NCBI GenBank assembly: GCA_028820695.1
Contig: JAPPIB010000050.1
Span: forward strand, 217,146-281,145
DNA length: 64,000 nt
From: Acidiferrobacterales bacterium
GTDB taxonomy: Bacteria > Pseudomonadota > Gammaproteobacteria > Arenicellales > JAJDZL01
Direction of reading: 5' to 3'
The position numbers and the translations under genes are program-made. Positions 10,569 to 21,635 of the stretch are shown one piece after another. The notes under the pieces are model-generated. The model had not been told where the DNA came from. It saw nothing but the letters and a program-made list of their open reading frames with translations, and made no database searches. Position 1 is the stretch's first letter. Each line of letters begins with the position of its first letter.

Positions 10569-11534
10569 ATGCTTGACACGAACGCATTATTCACTCGGCG
10601 GGGAGTCGCCGGAGTCCTTGTAGTCGGGACATGCATGTTCGTACCGATTGTTGCAACGGTCATTGATGAGCCCTACTATATGAACCTCTTCGCCCGTCTG
10701 ATGATCTGGGCAATCGCGGCGATCAGTCTGAATCTGATTCTTGGCTATGGCGGGCTGATCAGCTTCGGTCACGCGTTGTATCTGGGAATCGGTGCGTACG
10801 CGGTTGGCATCTGTTCATACTACGATATCAACAACATCTTCATTCAGGTTCCCATCGCGCTGGGCGTCGCAACAATCGTTTCATTTGTATTTGGGGGAAT
10901 CAGCTTGCGAACGCGCGGTGTGTACTTCATTATGATCACGATGGCACTTACGCAGATGATCTACTATCTGTCTATCAGCATTGAGGAGTACGGCAGTGAC
11001 GACGGTTTGATCATTTATGTGCGAAGCGAGTTCGGGACAAATCTCATCAATCTCGACAATCCATTTCATCGCTACTACCTGATATTCGCTGTGATGGTGG
11101 GCTGTTTATATTTCTCTTATCGTCTCATTCATTCGAGATTCGGATACGTCATACGCGGAGCGAGATCGAATGAGCTTCGAATGGAAGTGATCGGACACCC
11201 GACTTTCCGATATAGGTTGGTGTGTTTCATGATTGCTGGGCTGATGTGCACGATCGCTGGCGTGCTGAGTGCAAACGTAGAGAAATTTGTCAGTCCGGAT
11301 GTGATGCATTGGACCCGCTCCGGTGAACTGATATTCATGGTTGTACTGGGCGGCATGGCAAGCATTATGGGTCCGCTGACAGGGGCAATGGTGTTCTGGC
11401 TGATTTCTGAGGTTCTTGCCCGATTCACGGAGCATTGGCACATCATTTTCGGTCCGTTTCTGATTCTCGTGGTCTTATTGTCGCCGCGCGGTATAGACGG
11501 ATTGCTGAGTGGACGGAGTTCCGGCCGTGGCTGA
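10569..11534 (+). CDS. Liv-type ABC permease (LivM-like)
   Basis: NLILGYGGLISFGHA, RTRGVYFIMIT, MVVLGGM. Confidence 0.92.
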   Translation: MLDTNALFTRRGVAGVLVVGTCMFVPIVATVIDEPYYMNLFARLMIWAIAAISLNLILGYGGLISFGHALYLGIGAYAVGICSYYDINNIFIQVPIALGVATIVSFVFGGISLRTRGVYFIMITMALTQMIYYLSISIEEYGSDDGLIIYVRSEFGTNLINLDNPFHRYYLIFAVMVGCLYFSYRLIHSRFGYVIRGARSNELRMEVIGHPTFRYRLVCFMIAGLMCTIAGVLSANVEKFVSPDVMHWTRSGELIFMVVLGGMASIMGPLTGAMVFWLISEVLARFTEHWHIIFGPFLILVVLLSPRGIDGLLSGRSSGRG

Positions 11535-12276
11535 CAACATACTGGTAACCAGAAAGCTCAACAAGCATTTCGGCGGAGTCAAGGCTGCTGACAATGTTGA
11601 TCTTGGCATCGCTTGTGGAGAGCTTCATGCTCTGATCGGCCCGAACGGTGCAGGTAAGACCACCCTGATTTCACTCATTACCGGGATTCTCAAATGTGAT
11701 TCAGGTGAGATTGCGTTTGACGGCAAACGGATTGATGACGTCAGCGCCCCATCCCGTTCACTTATGGGCCTTGCCCGATCATTTCAGGTGACGTCGATCT
11801 TGAAGGACTTTACGTGCCAGGAGAACGTCGCGCTTGCGATTCAGGCGCACCACGGACACAGCTTCAGATTTTGGAAACCAGTATCGTCTGAAGCGGATAT
11901 TCAGGATAAGGCTGTTGAGGTACTTCAGTCGGTCGGGCTGCGAGGTCACTCGGATACCATTGCTGGAAATCTGGCTTATGGCGAACAACGACACCTGGAA
12001 ATTGCGATCGCCTTGGCAACGAAGCCCAAGTTGCTGGTGCTTGACGAACCTCTGGCAGGAATGGGGAGGTCCGATTCCGCAACAATCCTCGAATTTCTGA
12101 AAAGTCTGAAACACAAATACACCATTTTGCTGATTGAACATGACATGGATGCTGTATTTGCCCTTGCAGATCGAATATCTGTCATGGTTTATGGCAAGCT
12201 CATCAAGAGTGATTCACCGGATAATGTTCGCAATGATGAATTTGTTCGGATGGCGTATCTGGGACACGATGACTAG
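11527..12276 (+). CDS. Liv-type ABC ATPase (LivG-like); GTG start inferred
   Basis: GPNGAGKTT, LAYGEQR, LVLDEP, IEHDM. Confidence 0.93.
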   Translation: MADNILVTRKLNKHFGGVKAADNVDLGIACGELHALIGPNGAGKTTLISLITGILKCDSGEIAFDGKRIDDVSAPSRSLMGLARSFQVTSILKDFTCQENVALAIQAHHGHSFRFWKPVSSEADIQDKAVEVLQSVGLRGHSDTIAGNLAYGEQRHLEIAIALATKPKLLVLDEPLAGMGRSDSATILEFLKSLKHKYTILLIEHDMDAVFALADRISVMVYGKLIKSDSPDNVRNDEFVRMAYLGHDD

Positions 12277-12278
12277 CG

Positions 12279-12989
12279 ATGCTCTCCGTTCGGAAAATCG
12301 ACTCCTACTACGGGTCTACGCAGGTGCTCTTTGGAATGAGTATTGAGGTCAATGAAGGGGAGATCGTGACGTTGCTTGGTAGAAACGGGATGGGCAAGTC
12401 CACAACCATACGTTCCATCATGGGCTTGAATGAGACACGCAATGGCACGATTATCTTTCAGGATCAGGAGATTACGAACTGGCCTGCGTTCAGAATCGCG
12501 CAGGCTGGGCTGGCACTCGCGCCTGAGGGCAGACGAATATTTCCAAACTTGAATGTAGTGGAGAATCTGGTTGCGACCGCAAGCAATAAGAACGAACTCA
12601 ATGATCCGTGGACTGTCGAAAAGATATTTACGTTGTTTCCTGCACTTGAAGCGCGAGCGCGCATCACCGGTAATCGGATTTCGGGCGGTGAGCAACAGAT
12701 GCTGTCTATTGGCCGGGCGTTGATGACCAATCCTCGATTGTTGCTGCTCGACGAAGCGACAGAAGGGCTATCTCCATTGTTGAGGAACCAGATTTGGAGC
12801 AGTATTGTTCAGCTCAAGGATAATCGTCAGTCCATACTTCTGATCGACAAGAATCTGGAGTCGTTGTTGAGAATCGGCGACCGACACTACATTATTGAGA
12901 AAGGTCATGTTGTTTGGAATGGAGATTCCGGACAACTGGCTTCCGACGAGGAACTTCAACAGCGATATATCGGTCTCGGACAGACCTGA
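12279..12989 (+). CDS. Liv-type ABC ATPase (LivF-like)
   Basis: GRNGMGKST, PEGRRIF, SGGEQQML, LLDEATEGL. Confidence 0.93.
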   Translation: MLSVRKIDSYYGSTQVLFGMSIEVNEGEIVTLLGRNGMGKSTTIRSIMGLNETRNGTIIFQDQEITNWPAFRIAQAGLALAPEGRRIFPNLNVVENLVATASNKNELNDPWTVEKIFTLFPALEARARITGNRISGGEQQMLSIGRALMTNPRLLLLDEATEGLSPLLRNQIWSSIVQLKDNRQSILLIDKNLESLLRIGDRHYIIEKGHVVWNGDSGQLASDEELQQRYIGLGQT

Positions 12990-13002
12990 ATGCGGGGAGA
13001 AT

Positions 13003-13905
13003 CTACTGGATATTCCCGTCCAGCTTCATCTTGTTCAGGCGACGCTGGGCGGAAAAAGCGGAGCGACTGGCGGGAAATCGATTGAGAACCTCATTCAGGT
13101 ATAACTGCGCTTCTTCGTAATTTCCCACTGCGTAGTAGATATACCCGATCTTCAGCAGGGCTTCATGAGCCCGCTGATAGTCAGGAAATTCTCTGGCGAT
13201 GTAATGATAGATTTTTATCGCGTCCTCAAATTCCTTGGTAATGTAACTCGATTCGGCAATCCAAAACCAGGCATCGTCCACAAGATCGCTGGAGGGATAA
13301 CTTTCGATAAATGCCTTGAATTTCGTTATCGCATCTTCGAAATCTCCAGCTTTCAGCGTTCGGAAAGCTGCATCATAGGCGTCACGCATTGCGTGAAGAT
13401 CGGCGTCTGTAAGCGGCGGTTGAGGATCAATATCAATCGACGGCTGTGGCGCCTCAGATTCTTCCTGTATCTCAGTGCTCGTTTCGGGTGAAGTCGCGGG
13501 CTCTTCTGACTCTGGTTCAGTACTGGAAACGGCGTCAGTTTGCTGTGTTTCGTTTGCGGGGCGGGACTGAAGACGTTCGAACTTACGGAGTCTCAGGTCA
13601 AGGTCATCGTACAACTGTTTTTGACGCTCACGGGCTTTTTCAAGTTCGAATTCCAGAATATAGACCCGCTCCCTCAATCCGCCGACTTCCTGATTGAGTT
13701 GTTGGACTTGCGCTACGATCTGGGCTGACGCAGAGTCTGCGGTCTGATTTGCCGGGGCATCACTGACAGTGACGTCTGTTGCCGCTACCGTCGATGAAGT
13801 CTCAACCGGCTCACAGCCGGAAACCAATACAGCCACTGTGATCAAGGTAAAGGTCTTCTTAGCTGTCTTTATCCGCATGCCGCTGTCTTGTTTTGACACC
13901 ACCAA
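13003..13905 (-). CDS. cpoB: Tol-Pal associated TPR protein CpoB/YbgF
   Basis: Coiled coil plus TPR (FIESYPSSDLVDDAWFWIAES, EALLKIG); downstream of pal; lipobox-like VSGC. Confidence 0.88.
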   Translation of the reverse strand: MVVSKQDSGMRIKTAKKTFTLITVAVLVSGCEPVETSSTVAATDVTVSDAPANQTADSASAQIVAQVQQLNQEVGGLRERVYILEFELEKARERQKQLYDDLDLRLRKFERLQSRPANETQQTDAVSSTEPESEEPATSPETSTEIQEESEAPQPSIDIDPQPPLTDADLHAMRDAYDAAFRTLKAGDFEDAITKFKAFIESYPSSDLVDDAWFWIAESSYITKEFEDAIKIYHYIAREFPDYQRAHEALLKIGYIYYAVGNYEEAQLYLNEVLNRFPASRSAFSAQRRLNKMKLDGNIQ

Positions 13906-14053
13906 AAAACACTTGACAGAATCAATGACGTGAAAAGGAATAGTAGAAACTCATTCAATGCTAATTTTACGAAACTTTTTAAGATTCAGGTTTGCTTAAT
14001 TTCCAGTGAGAATCCAATTGATCGAATACGGTACCCAAGTGTGTTGCTGCAGC

Positions 14054-14602
14054 TTAGTAGTCAAATTCAACACGTCGATTCAGGCGCCATGCTGATTCGT
14101 CCGCGCCCATTGCGGCTGGACGCTCCTCACCGAAGGAAAACACAGAGATTCTTAAAGCGTCGACTCCATATTCCTGAAAGAAACTACTGACCGCGGCGGC
14201 GCGTTGATCGCCCAGTGCAAGATTGTACTCCCGGGTTCCCCGTTCGTCCGCATGTCCGAAGATTGTCAGGTTGGCATCGGAATTTTCCAGCAACACTTCA
14301 GCATGGGCTTGGATAATGATCTGAGCTTCCTCACTGACTATGGACTCGTCATAGTTGAAGTAAACCGTTCGCTGGCTCAACGGGTCAACCGCTTGATCAC
14401 CGTCTGCCTCGGAAGATTCATCAATGTTGAACCCAACTGCCTCATCGGAATCAGAAATTCCGCCGACTACATCTTCGGAAACGCCATCAGAAGAGCCCGG
14501 AGCGTCGGAAGTGGATCCGACCGAATCCGCATCCTTCGCGCAACCTGCAAGTAAAGCCAAGGAAAAAACTGCGATTGCTGTGAAAGCTAAATTTCGTTTC
14601 AT
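14054..14602 (-). CDS. pal: Peptidoglycan-associated lipoprotein
   Basis: Lipobox LAGC; GHADERGTREYNLALG; NRRVE. Confidence 0.96.
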   Translation of the reverse strand: MKRNLAFTAIAVFSLALLAGCAKDADSVGSTSDAPGSSDGVSEDVVGGISDSDEAVGFNIDESSEADGDQAVDPLSQRTVYFNYDESIVSEEAQIIIQAHAEVLLENSDANLTIFGHADERGTREYNLALGDQRAAAVSSFFQEYGVDALRISVFSFGEERPAAMGADESAWRLNRRVEFDY

Positions 14603-14637
14603 TTTTGAATCAACTCCAAATTTGTACCCATAGTGGT

Positions 14638-15936
14638 TTAATTATCCGAACCCCAAGCAACCTGTTTGACTGCTCCGTCAATAACCTTGATCCGTGACCG
14701 CACCCCACCGTCCGGTGACAGAATCCCGATATGTCGATCACGTCCCTCAACGATATACATCAGCAGTTCCCCATTCGGTGAGAAAACAGCCGAGTCGTCA
14801 ATAGAGGTTGAGGAAACAACCGAAACGGTCTTGGTTTCAACATCAAGAATTCCGACCTGGTTACCTTTGCCTTGATCGGTGATCAGAATCAGTTGTTTGC
14901 CGGACGGCGAATAACTCGCTTGGGAATTCGATTTTCCGTAAATCGTCATTCGTTCAATTGTCTGATTTTCTTTTGCCCGAACTCGGTATATTTGTGCACC
15001 TTTTCCGCGATTTGAGGTAAAGACAATGTAATCGGAGTCCGGCGACCATGCAGGTTCTGTATCGATTCGACGGTGTGATGTCAATCGGATTATCTCACCA
15101 CTGGCGAATGTATAGACAAAAATATCGGAGTTACCTTCAATCGAATTTGTAAATGCAAGCCTGCTTCCATCAGGTGACCAACTTGGCGACCGGTTTTGTC
15201 CTTCGATATTGGCAACAACTCGTCTATCACCACTTGAAACATCCTGAATCCATATTTTGGACTGATCCCTGTCAAGTATCGAATAGGCAATCATATTTGA
15301 ATTCGGGGACCAGCTGGGAGAGAGAATGGGATTTTCGGATTTGAGGATAGTGGTCGCGTTGAAACCGTCATAATCAGAAACGACGAGTTTATGTTCTGGC
15401 TTTCCTTCCGAAGATACCGACGCAACCGAATACGCTATTTTGGTATTGAAGGAGCTTTTGGCTCCGGTTACCCTTTGATACACTTCATTCGCGATGTGGT
15501 GCATCACTTTCCTATCATTGTCGGCAGTAATTAGAAATTGGCTGCCAAAAATCAGCTTTTCATTGAAAACATTGAACAGCCGGGCTTCGGTTCGAAAAAT
15601 ACCTTCTTCGATTCGTTGAAGAGAACCGATGACCAAATAATCCACGCCGATCAGCTGCCAGTCGGCGAAAACCACATCCTCGACAATTGTGGGAGTCTGT
15701 AGGAAACTTTCAAGTTCTTTCACTTCGAAGCGGCCGGTTCTTGATAGATCGCTGCGGATGACCTCATCGAGGTCAAATTCCTGATCAATGCCTTCGGGCA
15801 ATCCAAAGGGAACTATCGCGATGGGAATCCCGCGTTTGACACCTTCATCGATCTCAATCGTAACGACAGCATTGGCATGTGTGCCTGCCATCAGCACAAT
15901 TGCCATCAACAGGAACTTGCTCGCAAATTTAGGCAT
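14638..15936 (-). CDS. tolB: Tol-Pal beta-propeller protein
   Basis: PIAIVPF N-domain, repeated SPSWSP (PD40) units, operon position. Confidence 0.95.
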   Translation of the reverse strand: MPKFASKFLLMAIVLMAGTHANAVVTIEIDEGVKRGIPIAIVPFGLPEGIDQEFDLDEVIRSDLSRTGRFEVKELESFLQTPTIVEDVVFADWQLIGVDYLVIGSLQRIEEGIFRTEARLFNVFNEKLIFGSQFLITADNDRKVMHHIANEVYQRVTGAKSSFNTKIAYSVASVSSEGKPEHKLVVSDYDGFNATTILKSENPILSPSWSPNSNMIAYSILDRDQSKIWIQDVSSGDRRVVANIEGQNRSPSWSPDGSRLAFTNSIEGNSDIFVYTFASGEIIRLTSHRRIDTEPAWSPDSDYIVFTSNRGKGAQIYRVRAKENQTIERMTIYGKSNSQASYSPSGKQLILITDQGKGNQVGILDVETKTVSVVSSTSIDDSAVFSPNGELLMYIVEGRDRHIGILSPDGGVRSRIKVIDGAVKQVAWGSDN

Positions 15937-15938
15937 GA

Positions 15939-17153
15939 TTAACTGGATGGATGGGAAAATGTAAACTGAAACTCTTTAATGAAATTATAGAACTCCGGAT
16001 CTGGTGGAATGGGGAGGGGTGACGCTTTTAGGATTGCAATTGTAACTGAACGGTCAAACTCACTTGAACCGCTGGAGTGCGTCACGGTCGCCGACTCTAC
16101 TCCGCCTGACGTGCTGATTTTGACCATTACCGTCGTTCTTAAAAATTCTGAACCGTCCAGTATTGTCCATTGTTGCGCCACTTTATTGCGAATCGCTGGA
16201 ATGTATTTACTGAATTCCGACAAAGCTTTCCGTCTGAGTCGCTCTTCTTCCAGCGTTTTTCTTTGAGCTTCCTGAATTCTCGCCAGCTCGTCGAGCCTGG
16301 CCTGTTCCTCAAGCTCGCGCTGATTCCTTTCAATCGTCGCCAACCGCTCTTTCTCTTTCAGTTCGAGAGCTGCCTGTCTTTTTGCTTCCTCTGCTTTCTC
16401 TCTCTCAATCTCGGCCTGCCTTTGCTTTTCGTCCTCTTGTAATTTTTTTGCCGCTAGTTTTCTTTCTTCTTCCTGACGAGCTTCCTCCTGACGCAAGGTT
16501 TCAGCCTGCAGCCGTTCTTGTTTCTCAATCTCCAGCCGCTCCAGTTCTTCATTGAGTCTGGCTTTTTTCTTGCGAAGAGTTTCGAGTTCTTCAGCCTGTT
16601 GCTGTTGATTCGCCAATTCCTGATTCCGAAGCTCTTCAGCCGCTTGTTCCTGTTCCTGCTTTTCCTGTTCGAGTTTCTTTAGTTCAGCCTGCATCTGCGA
16701 TTGTTCTTCTTCGATAGCAGTCAGATCTTCCCGCTTTTGTTTTTTTGCGTCCTCCAGTTTCCGTATTTCATCTTCCTGTGCCTGGCGGGCCTGTTCAGCA
16801 GCCTGAATACGTTCCTCCTCGGCGGCGCGGCGAGATTCAATCAGTGCGAGTTGCTGTTCAGCCTCCTGCTGCTCCCGAAGCGTCTGTTGAAGTTTTTTTT
16901 CCTGATCGAGTTTCCTGAGTTGTTCCGCTTCCTCCTTTTGCCTGATCAGTTCAAGTTCCGCATTGATCGCGTCTTCCGTAATCGCCCGGGCATGTATTGG
17001 CTGCACGTCGGCAGAATTGGATCCGGTATCCAGAACATTTTCAAAAACCAAGTTGATACCTACAGCCAAGACAATGGCAGCATGAACGCATACAGCCAGC
17101 AATACCGACTTGAATCCGAATGATTTTTGCGTTCCGTCGGGCACTGAATTCAA
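15939..17153 (-). CDS. tolA: Cell envelope integrity protein TolA
   Basis: TM helix with His (VCVHAAI), long E/K/Q/A coiled coil, TonB_C-like end SSGSSEFDRS..ASPLP. Confidence 0.9.
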   Translation of the reverse strand: MNSVPDGTQKSFGFKSVLLAVCVHAAIVLAVGINLVFENVLDTGSNSADVQPIHARAITEDAINAELELIRQKEEAEQLRKLDQEKKLQQTLREQQEAEQQLALIESRRAAEEERIQAAEQARQAQEDEIRKLEDAKKQKREDLTAIEEEQSQMQAELKKLEQEKQEQEQAAEELRNQELANQQQQAEELETLRKKKARLNEELERLEIEKQERLQAETLRQEEARQEEERKLAAKKLQEDEKQRQAEIEREKAEEAKRQAALELKEKERLATIERNQRELEEQARLDELARIQEAQRKTLEEERLRRKALSEFSKYIPAIRNKVAQQWTILDGSEFLRTTVMVKISTSGGVESATVTHSSGSSEFDRSVTIAILKASPLPIPPDPEFYNFIKEFQFTFSHPSS

Positions 17154-17578
17154 GGCTGCTTTGGATTCTTGGTCACCAACCCCACATCATCAACACCGGC
17201 GACTTGAAGGGCCACCATCGCTTGCACAACAGCGTCAAAATTGACATTTGCGTCACCTCGTACGAGAAAGGAAGTCGCGGAATTTGACCTCAGGACCGCA
17301 GCTGCCTTCACACTTAACTCCTGCAAAGTTACGGGATCCTCATTATCTTGATTGACATAGTACTCGCCGTCGACGTTGACGTGAACAACGAACGGAATGC
17401 TGTCTTCCGATTGAATTGGCTTGGCGGTCGCTTGAGGAAGCTCAATCTTCACACCCTCTGTGAGCAAAGGAGCTGTGACCATGAAAATCACAAGCAGCAC
17501 AAGCATTACATCAATATATGGAACGACATTGATTTCGTTCATCTGCTTATGCCTGCTGTGTCTGCGTGTTGACTTCAT
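17150..17578 (-). CDS. tolR: TolR
   Basis: EINVVPYIDVMLVLLVIFMVTAP. Confidence 0.95.
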   Translation of the reverse strand: MKSTRRHSRHKQMNEINVVPYIDVMLVLLVIFMVTAPLLTEGVKIELPQATAKPIQSEDSIPFVVHVNVDGEYYVNQDNEDPVTLQELSVKAAAVLRSNSATSFLVRGDANVNFDAVVQAMVALQVAGVDDVGLVTKNPKQP

Positions 17579-17586
17579 GGAATCGT

Positions 17587-18291
17587 CTATTTGATTGCGT
17601 ATTGTCGGTTGACGATACTTAAGAACTCGTCAGTGAACGTTTCATATCGAGAAAGCAATCGATCTGCCTCGTGGGAAAATCGATTGTAGGCGATAACCGC
17701 GGGGATCGCTGCGAACAACCCCATTGCGGTTGCTATCAGCGCTTCGGCGATACCAGGAGCGACAGCTGCGATCGTCGTAGTTTGCATGGTTCCAAGCGCA
17801 CGGAAGGAGTTCATGATTCCCCACACTGTACCGAACAGGCCGATGTAGGGACTGGTCGATCCGACGGTCGCCAGAAACGAGAGGTTGGAATTGACCTTGT
17901 CTTCGGCTCTGTTCAACGCGACTCGCATCGAGCGTTGAACCCCATCGACAATTTCGGATCGGTCTATATTGCTTCTGGTCAACAGCCGACTCAGTTCCCG
18001 ATAGCCTTCCATGAAAACTTCCGCAATGGACCCCGAATCCTTGCTTCGTTCGTCCCACTCATAATACAGTGAGCTGAGGTCCCCGACTGACCAGAAATTG
18101 CCTTCAAATTCATCGGCCGCCTGGACCCAATACTTGAGTGTGAACCACTTGTAGAAGATCATTGACCAAGACACCAGTGATGCAAGTACTAAAACAGCCA
18201 TCACTAACTGCACCAGCAAACTGGCGTTGCTGATCAGGTCGATGAAGGAAAGCGTGGTTCCGGTTGGTACCAGTTCGATTGAATTTTCCAT
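17587..18291 (-). CDS. tolQ: TolQ
   Basis: FLATVGSTSPYIGLFGTVWGIM, APGIAEALIATAMGLFAAIPAV. Confidence 0.96.
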   Translation of the reverse strand: MENSIELVPTGTTLSFIDLISNASLLVQLVMAVLVLASLVSWSMIFYKWFTLKYWVQAADEFEGNFWSVGDLSSLYYEWDERSKDSGSIAEVFMEGYRELSRLLTRSNIDRSEIVDGVQRSMRVALNRAEDKVNSNLSFLATVGSTSPYIGLFGTVWGIMNSFRALGTMQTTTIAAVAPGIAEALIATAMGLFAAIPAVIAYNRFSHEADRLLSRYETFTDEFLSIVNRQYAIK

Positions 18292-18695
18292 TAAAGTTGT
18301 ATCCTTTTTACCAAATCTGTGGGGATTCTGCAGACCCCGAATCGTATGGCATCAATGCAGGCAATTCGAAAACTCCCGCGCACCAGCGTCTGTTGATCGT
18401 TCACCACCTTTTGAAGTATGTCCATACTCGCGCCGCGAATGCGTTCAGGCGTGACAGTTACTTCCAAGATATTTCCCAATCGGGCGGGTTTAACGAATTC
18501 CATGGTTACCGAACGGACTGCAAAAATCACACCCCATCGATCTGCCGGTTGTTGAGGCAGGCATCCAAGACTTGCCAGCCACTCGGTTCTTGCTCGTTCC
18601 ATGAACTTGAGGTAATTTGCGTGATAGACAACCCCGGCAGCATCTGTATCTTCGTAATAGACGCGGAATTTCGAAACAAAATCCGTACAAGACAT
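18291..18695 (-). CDS. ybgC: Tol-pal-associated acyl-CoA thioesterase
   Basis: RVYYEDTDAAGVVYHANYLKFMERARTE. Confidence 0.93.
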   Translation of the reverse strand: MSCTDFVSKFRVYYEDTDAAGVVYHANYLKFMERARTEWLASLGCLPQQPADRWGVIFAVRSVTMEFVKPARLGNILEVTVTPERIRGASMDILQKVVNDQQTLVRGSFRIACIDAIRFGVCRIPTDLVKRIQL

Positions 18696-18750
18696 TTAAG
18701 CAATGTTCCGACTCAATTACTATCAACTTTATTATAAGTTTTCTGCTCAT

Positions 18751-19770
18751 CTACAACAGTGAATCCTGTTGCCCGGATGCTCCGATATGTTGCCTGGCTT
18801 TCGGTGTGGCGACCCTTCCGCGGGAGGTGCGCTGGATGAATCCCTGTTGAAGCAGATAAGGCTCGATCGTATCTTCGATGGTGCCTCGTTCCTCGCTGAT
18901 CGCTGCCGAAAGTGTCTCCACACCGGTCGGACCGCCCTGAAAATGCTCGACCAGTACCTGCAGATATTTTCGATCCAGCACATCGAGTCCCGAATGATCG
19001 ACTTCCAGCATATCTAATGCGGCGCTCGCAGTTGCCTGATCAATCATTCCACTTCCTTCGACTTCAGCGAAGTCACGCACTCTACGCAACAGCCTGTTAG
19101 CGATCCGGGGTGTTCCACGGGACCGTTCGGCAATCGCTGCGATTCCACTTTGGTCGGCCTTCAATTGAAGGATTTGCGAAGAGCGTTCAATGACTTTTCC
19201 GATGTCGTCCAGCCCATAGTAGTCCAGTCGCTGGACAATTCCGAAGCGATCGCGCAACGGTGATGTCAGCAATCCGGTTCGGGTAGTCGCACCGACCAGG
19301 GTAAAGGGTTGCAGTTTCAGCTGGATGGATTTAGCGGCCGGTCCTTGACCAATAATGATGTCTATAGAGTAATCCTCCATGGCAGGATACAGCACCTCTT
19401 CCACAACGGGAGTCAGTCGATGTATCTCGTCCACAAACAATACTGATCCTTTCTGAAGTCGAGTCAGCAGTGCGGCGACATCACCCTTGTGTTCCAGTGC
19501 AGGTCCGGAAGTTTGTACCACGTCGACTTCCAGTTCATTTGCAATAATATAAGCCAGCGTTGTCTTTCCCAATCCGGGCGGACCGAACAGCAGCACGTGA
19601 TCAAGCGCCTCAGATCGTTTCAGTGTCGCTTCGATGAATATGGACAGTTGTCGTTTGGTCTTGGACTGCCCGATGAATTCGTCAAGACGTCTCGGGCGAA
19701 GGCTGCGGTCAAATTCCCCTTCGAACGCATCCGTCTCGACCGGTGTGACTGTGCGGATAACGTCGCTCAT
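18751..19770 (-). CDS. ruvB: Holliday junction helicase RuvB
   Basis: [43 protein letters not shown]. Confidence 0.98.
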   Translation of the reverse strand: MSDVIRTVTPVETDAFEGEFDRSLRPRRLDEFIGQSKTKRQLSIFIEATLKRSEALDHVLLFGPPGLGKTTLAYIIANELEVDVVQTSGPALEHKGDVAALLTRLQKGSVLFVDEIHRLTPVVEEVLYPAMEDYSIDIIIGQGPAAKSIQLKLQPFTLVGATTRTGLLTSPLRDRFGIVQRLDYYGLDDIGKVIERSSQILQLKADQSGIAAIAERSRGTPRIANRLLRRVRDFAEVEGSGMIDQATASAALDMLEVDHSGLDVLDRKYLQVLVEHFQGGPTGVETLSAAISEERGTIEDTIEPYLLQQGFIQRTSRGRVATPKARQHIGASGQQDSLL

Positions 19771-20372
19771 GACGCAACCGCACTGAGTGCGGACAGAGCT
19801 TCGCGGATCAGCTCTTCGGTTGAGGTCGCATCAGTTGATTCGCGTGCCGCCATTATGGCTTGACGGGCATCCCGGTTCGAATATCCAAGTTCTACAAGTG
19901 CCTCGATTGCTTCTCGGACTGCATTGCCTGCTCTCAGCTCACCGTCTACGGTGACGTCCTCGATGGCGAACTGCTTGATTTTATCACGCAACTCGATCAG
20001 TAATTTCTCAGCTGTTTTCGCTCCGATTCCCGGCACCTTCTCAAGCGGTTTGGTGTCACCCAACTGAACACAGGTCACCACTTCAGCGATGTTCAGGTCG
20101 CTGAGTATTGCCAGACCAATCCGCGGCCCCACATTGGAAATCGTGATCAGGACTCTGAACAATTCCCGGTCTGAAACGCTGCTGAATCCGAACAACGCCT
20201 GTGTATCCTCTCGAACATGCAGATGGGTGTATATGTCCGCTCGCTCGCCTTCTGCTGGAAAATTCTGGAATTCGGATACCGGCATGTGCACTTCGTAACC
20301 GACTCCGTTGACATCCAGAAGGACATAAGGGGGCTTGATCTGTCGAATCAATCCCGATAGGTAACCAATCAC
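19767..20372 (-). CDS. ruvA: Holliday junction binding protein RuvA
   Basis: [20 protein letters not shown], Hh[10 protein letters not shown]. Confidence 0.97.
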   Translation of the reverse strand: MIGYLSGLIRQIKPPYVLLDVNGVGYEVHMPVSEFQNFPAEGERADIYTHLHVREDTQALFGFSSVSDRELFRVLITISNVGPRIGLAILSDLNIAEVVTCVQLGDTKPLEKVPGIGAKTAEKLLIELRDKIKQFAIEDVTVDGELRAGNAVREAIEALVELGYSNRDARQAIMAARESTDATSTEELIREALSALSAVAS

Positions 20373-20388
20373 ACCATCATACCTACGA

Positions 20389-20901
20389 TCAATGTCCTGA
20401 TGCGGTTGCCCGGCGGATCGATTTTCTCTCGGATTCGAACGGGATGTAATGATAGTGAGCCAACGCAGCGGCCAGGGCGTCTGCCTCGTCTTGCCCGAGT
20501 TGCTTGTCGATCATCAACAGCATGCTTACCATATATTGAACCTGCTCCTTGTCCGCTCCTCCGTACCCGGTTATTGTCTTTTTGATTTCGCGCGGCGTAT
20601 ACTCATAGAGTTTGATCTTGCTGGCCATGCAGGCACAGATCGCTGCTCCTCGCGCATGCCCCAGCTTGAGTGCGGACCCCGGGTTGACTGAGACGAAGAT
20701 CTGTTCCACTACAGCGACGTCAGGGTTATGGCGGTTGATAATGTCAGAAACGCGGTGGTAGATCTCGTCCAGCCTTTCAGGTAACGAGCCTGAGACTGTT
20801 TTGATACACCCGCTGTCGATGTGTCTGACCGTTCCGACAGAGGTTTCAATAACACCGTATCCAGTTATTCTTGAACCTGGATCAATTCCTAAAATTCTCA
20901 T
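20389..20901 (-). CDS. ruvC: Crossover junction endodeoxyribonuclease RuvC
   Basis: ILGIDPGSRITGYG, LKLGHARG, DEADALA. Confidence 0.97.
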   Translation of the reverse strand: MRILGIDPGSRITGYGVIETSVGTVRHIDSGCIKTVSGSLPERLDEIYHRVSDIINRHNPDVAVVEQIFVSVNPGSALKLGHARGAAICACMASKIKLYEYTPREIKKTITGYGGADKEQVQYMVSMLLMIDKQLGQDEADALAAALAHYHYIPFESERKSIRRATASGH

Positions 20902-21635
20902 AATTCCGCTTGGGAGAAAAATTCGGCATTGGTATACACATCCTGTACATCATCTAGATCCTCAATTGCATTGATCAGATTAAGCACCCGATCCACCATT
21001 TCCTCACCGATTTCCTGGGACGCCGAAGCGCGCTGTTCGATACCCGCCTCTTCGTATGAAATATCGGCTTCGTCCAGTGCCTTGACGACATCGATGAAGA
21101 ACTCAACCGGCGTGGACACCATAATTGAGCCGTCATCCAGTACATCGATATCGTCGGCGCCGGCGGATATCGCCACATCCATGATTTGTTCCTCGTCGCT
21201 GTCACTTAGGAACTGGATCAGGCCAACACGGTTGAACAGGTAGGAAACCGAGCCTTCAGTTCCGAGGTTTCCACCATGTTTGGTGAGCGCGTGCCGTACT
21301 TCGCTCACCGTTCGGTTCCGGTTATCGGTCGAGCATTCAATCAGCATAGCTACGCCACCGGGACCGTAGCCCTCGTAGATGACGTCCTGATATCCATCGC
21401 CGCCAGATTCACCGGACCCTCTCTGGACTGCGCGATTGATGACATCGCGACCCATATTCGCAGCCAATGCCTTGTCGATTGCCGAGCGCAATCGAGGATT
21501 GCTGTCCGGGTCGGGATTGCCGGTCCGAGTGGCAACTGTGATTTCTCTGATAAGTTTCGAGAATAGTTTCCCGCGACGACTGTCCTGGGCGGCCTTCCGA
21601 AACCGGATGTTTGCCCATTTGCTATGTCCGGCCAT
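20898..21635 (-). CDS. yebC: YebC/PmpR family protein
   Basis: MAGHSKWANI, YEGYGPGG, TDNRNRT, DDVQDVY. Confidence 0.97.
   Translation of the reverse strand: MAGHSKWANIRFRKAAQDSRRGKLFSKLIREITVATRTGNPDPDSNPRLRSAIDKALAANMGRDVINRAVQRGSGESGGDGYQDVIYEGYGPGGVAMLIECSTDNRNRTVSEVRHALTKHGGNLGTEGSVSYLFNRVGLIQFLSDSDEEQIMDVAISAGADDIDVLDDGSIMVSTPVEFFIDVVKALDEADISYEEAGIEQRASASQEIGEEMVDRVLNLINAIEDLDDVQDVYTNAEFFSQAEL

Noticed and set aside
16200..16960. Repetitive purine/pyrimidine-biased tract
   Set aside because: Explained by the E/K/Q/A coiled coil of TolA; not a DNA repeat array.
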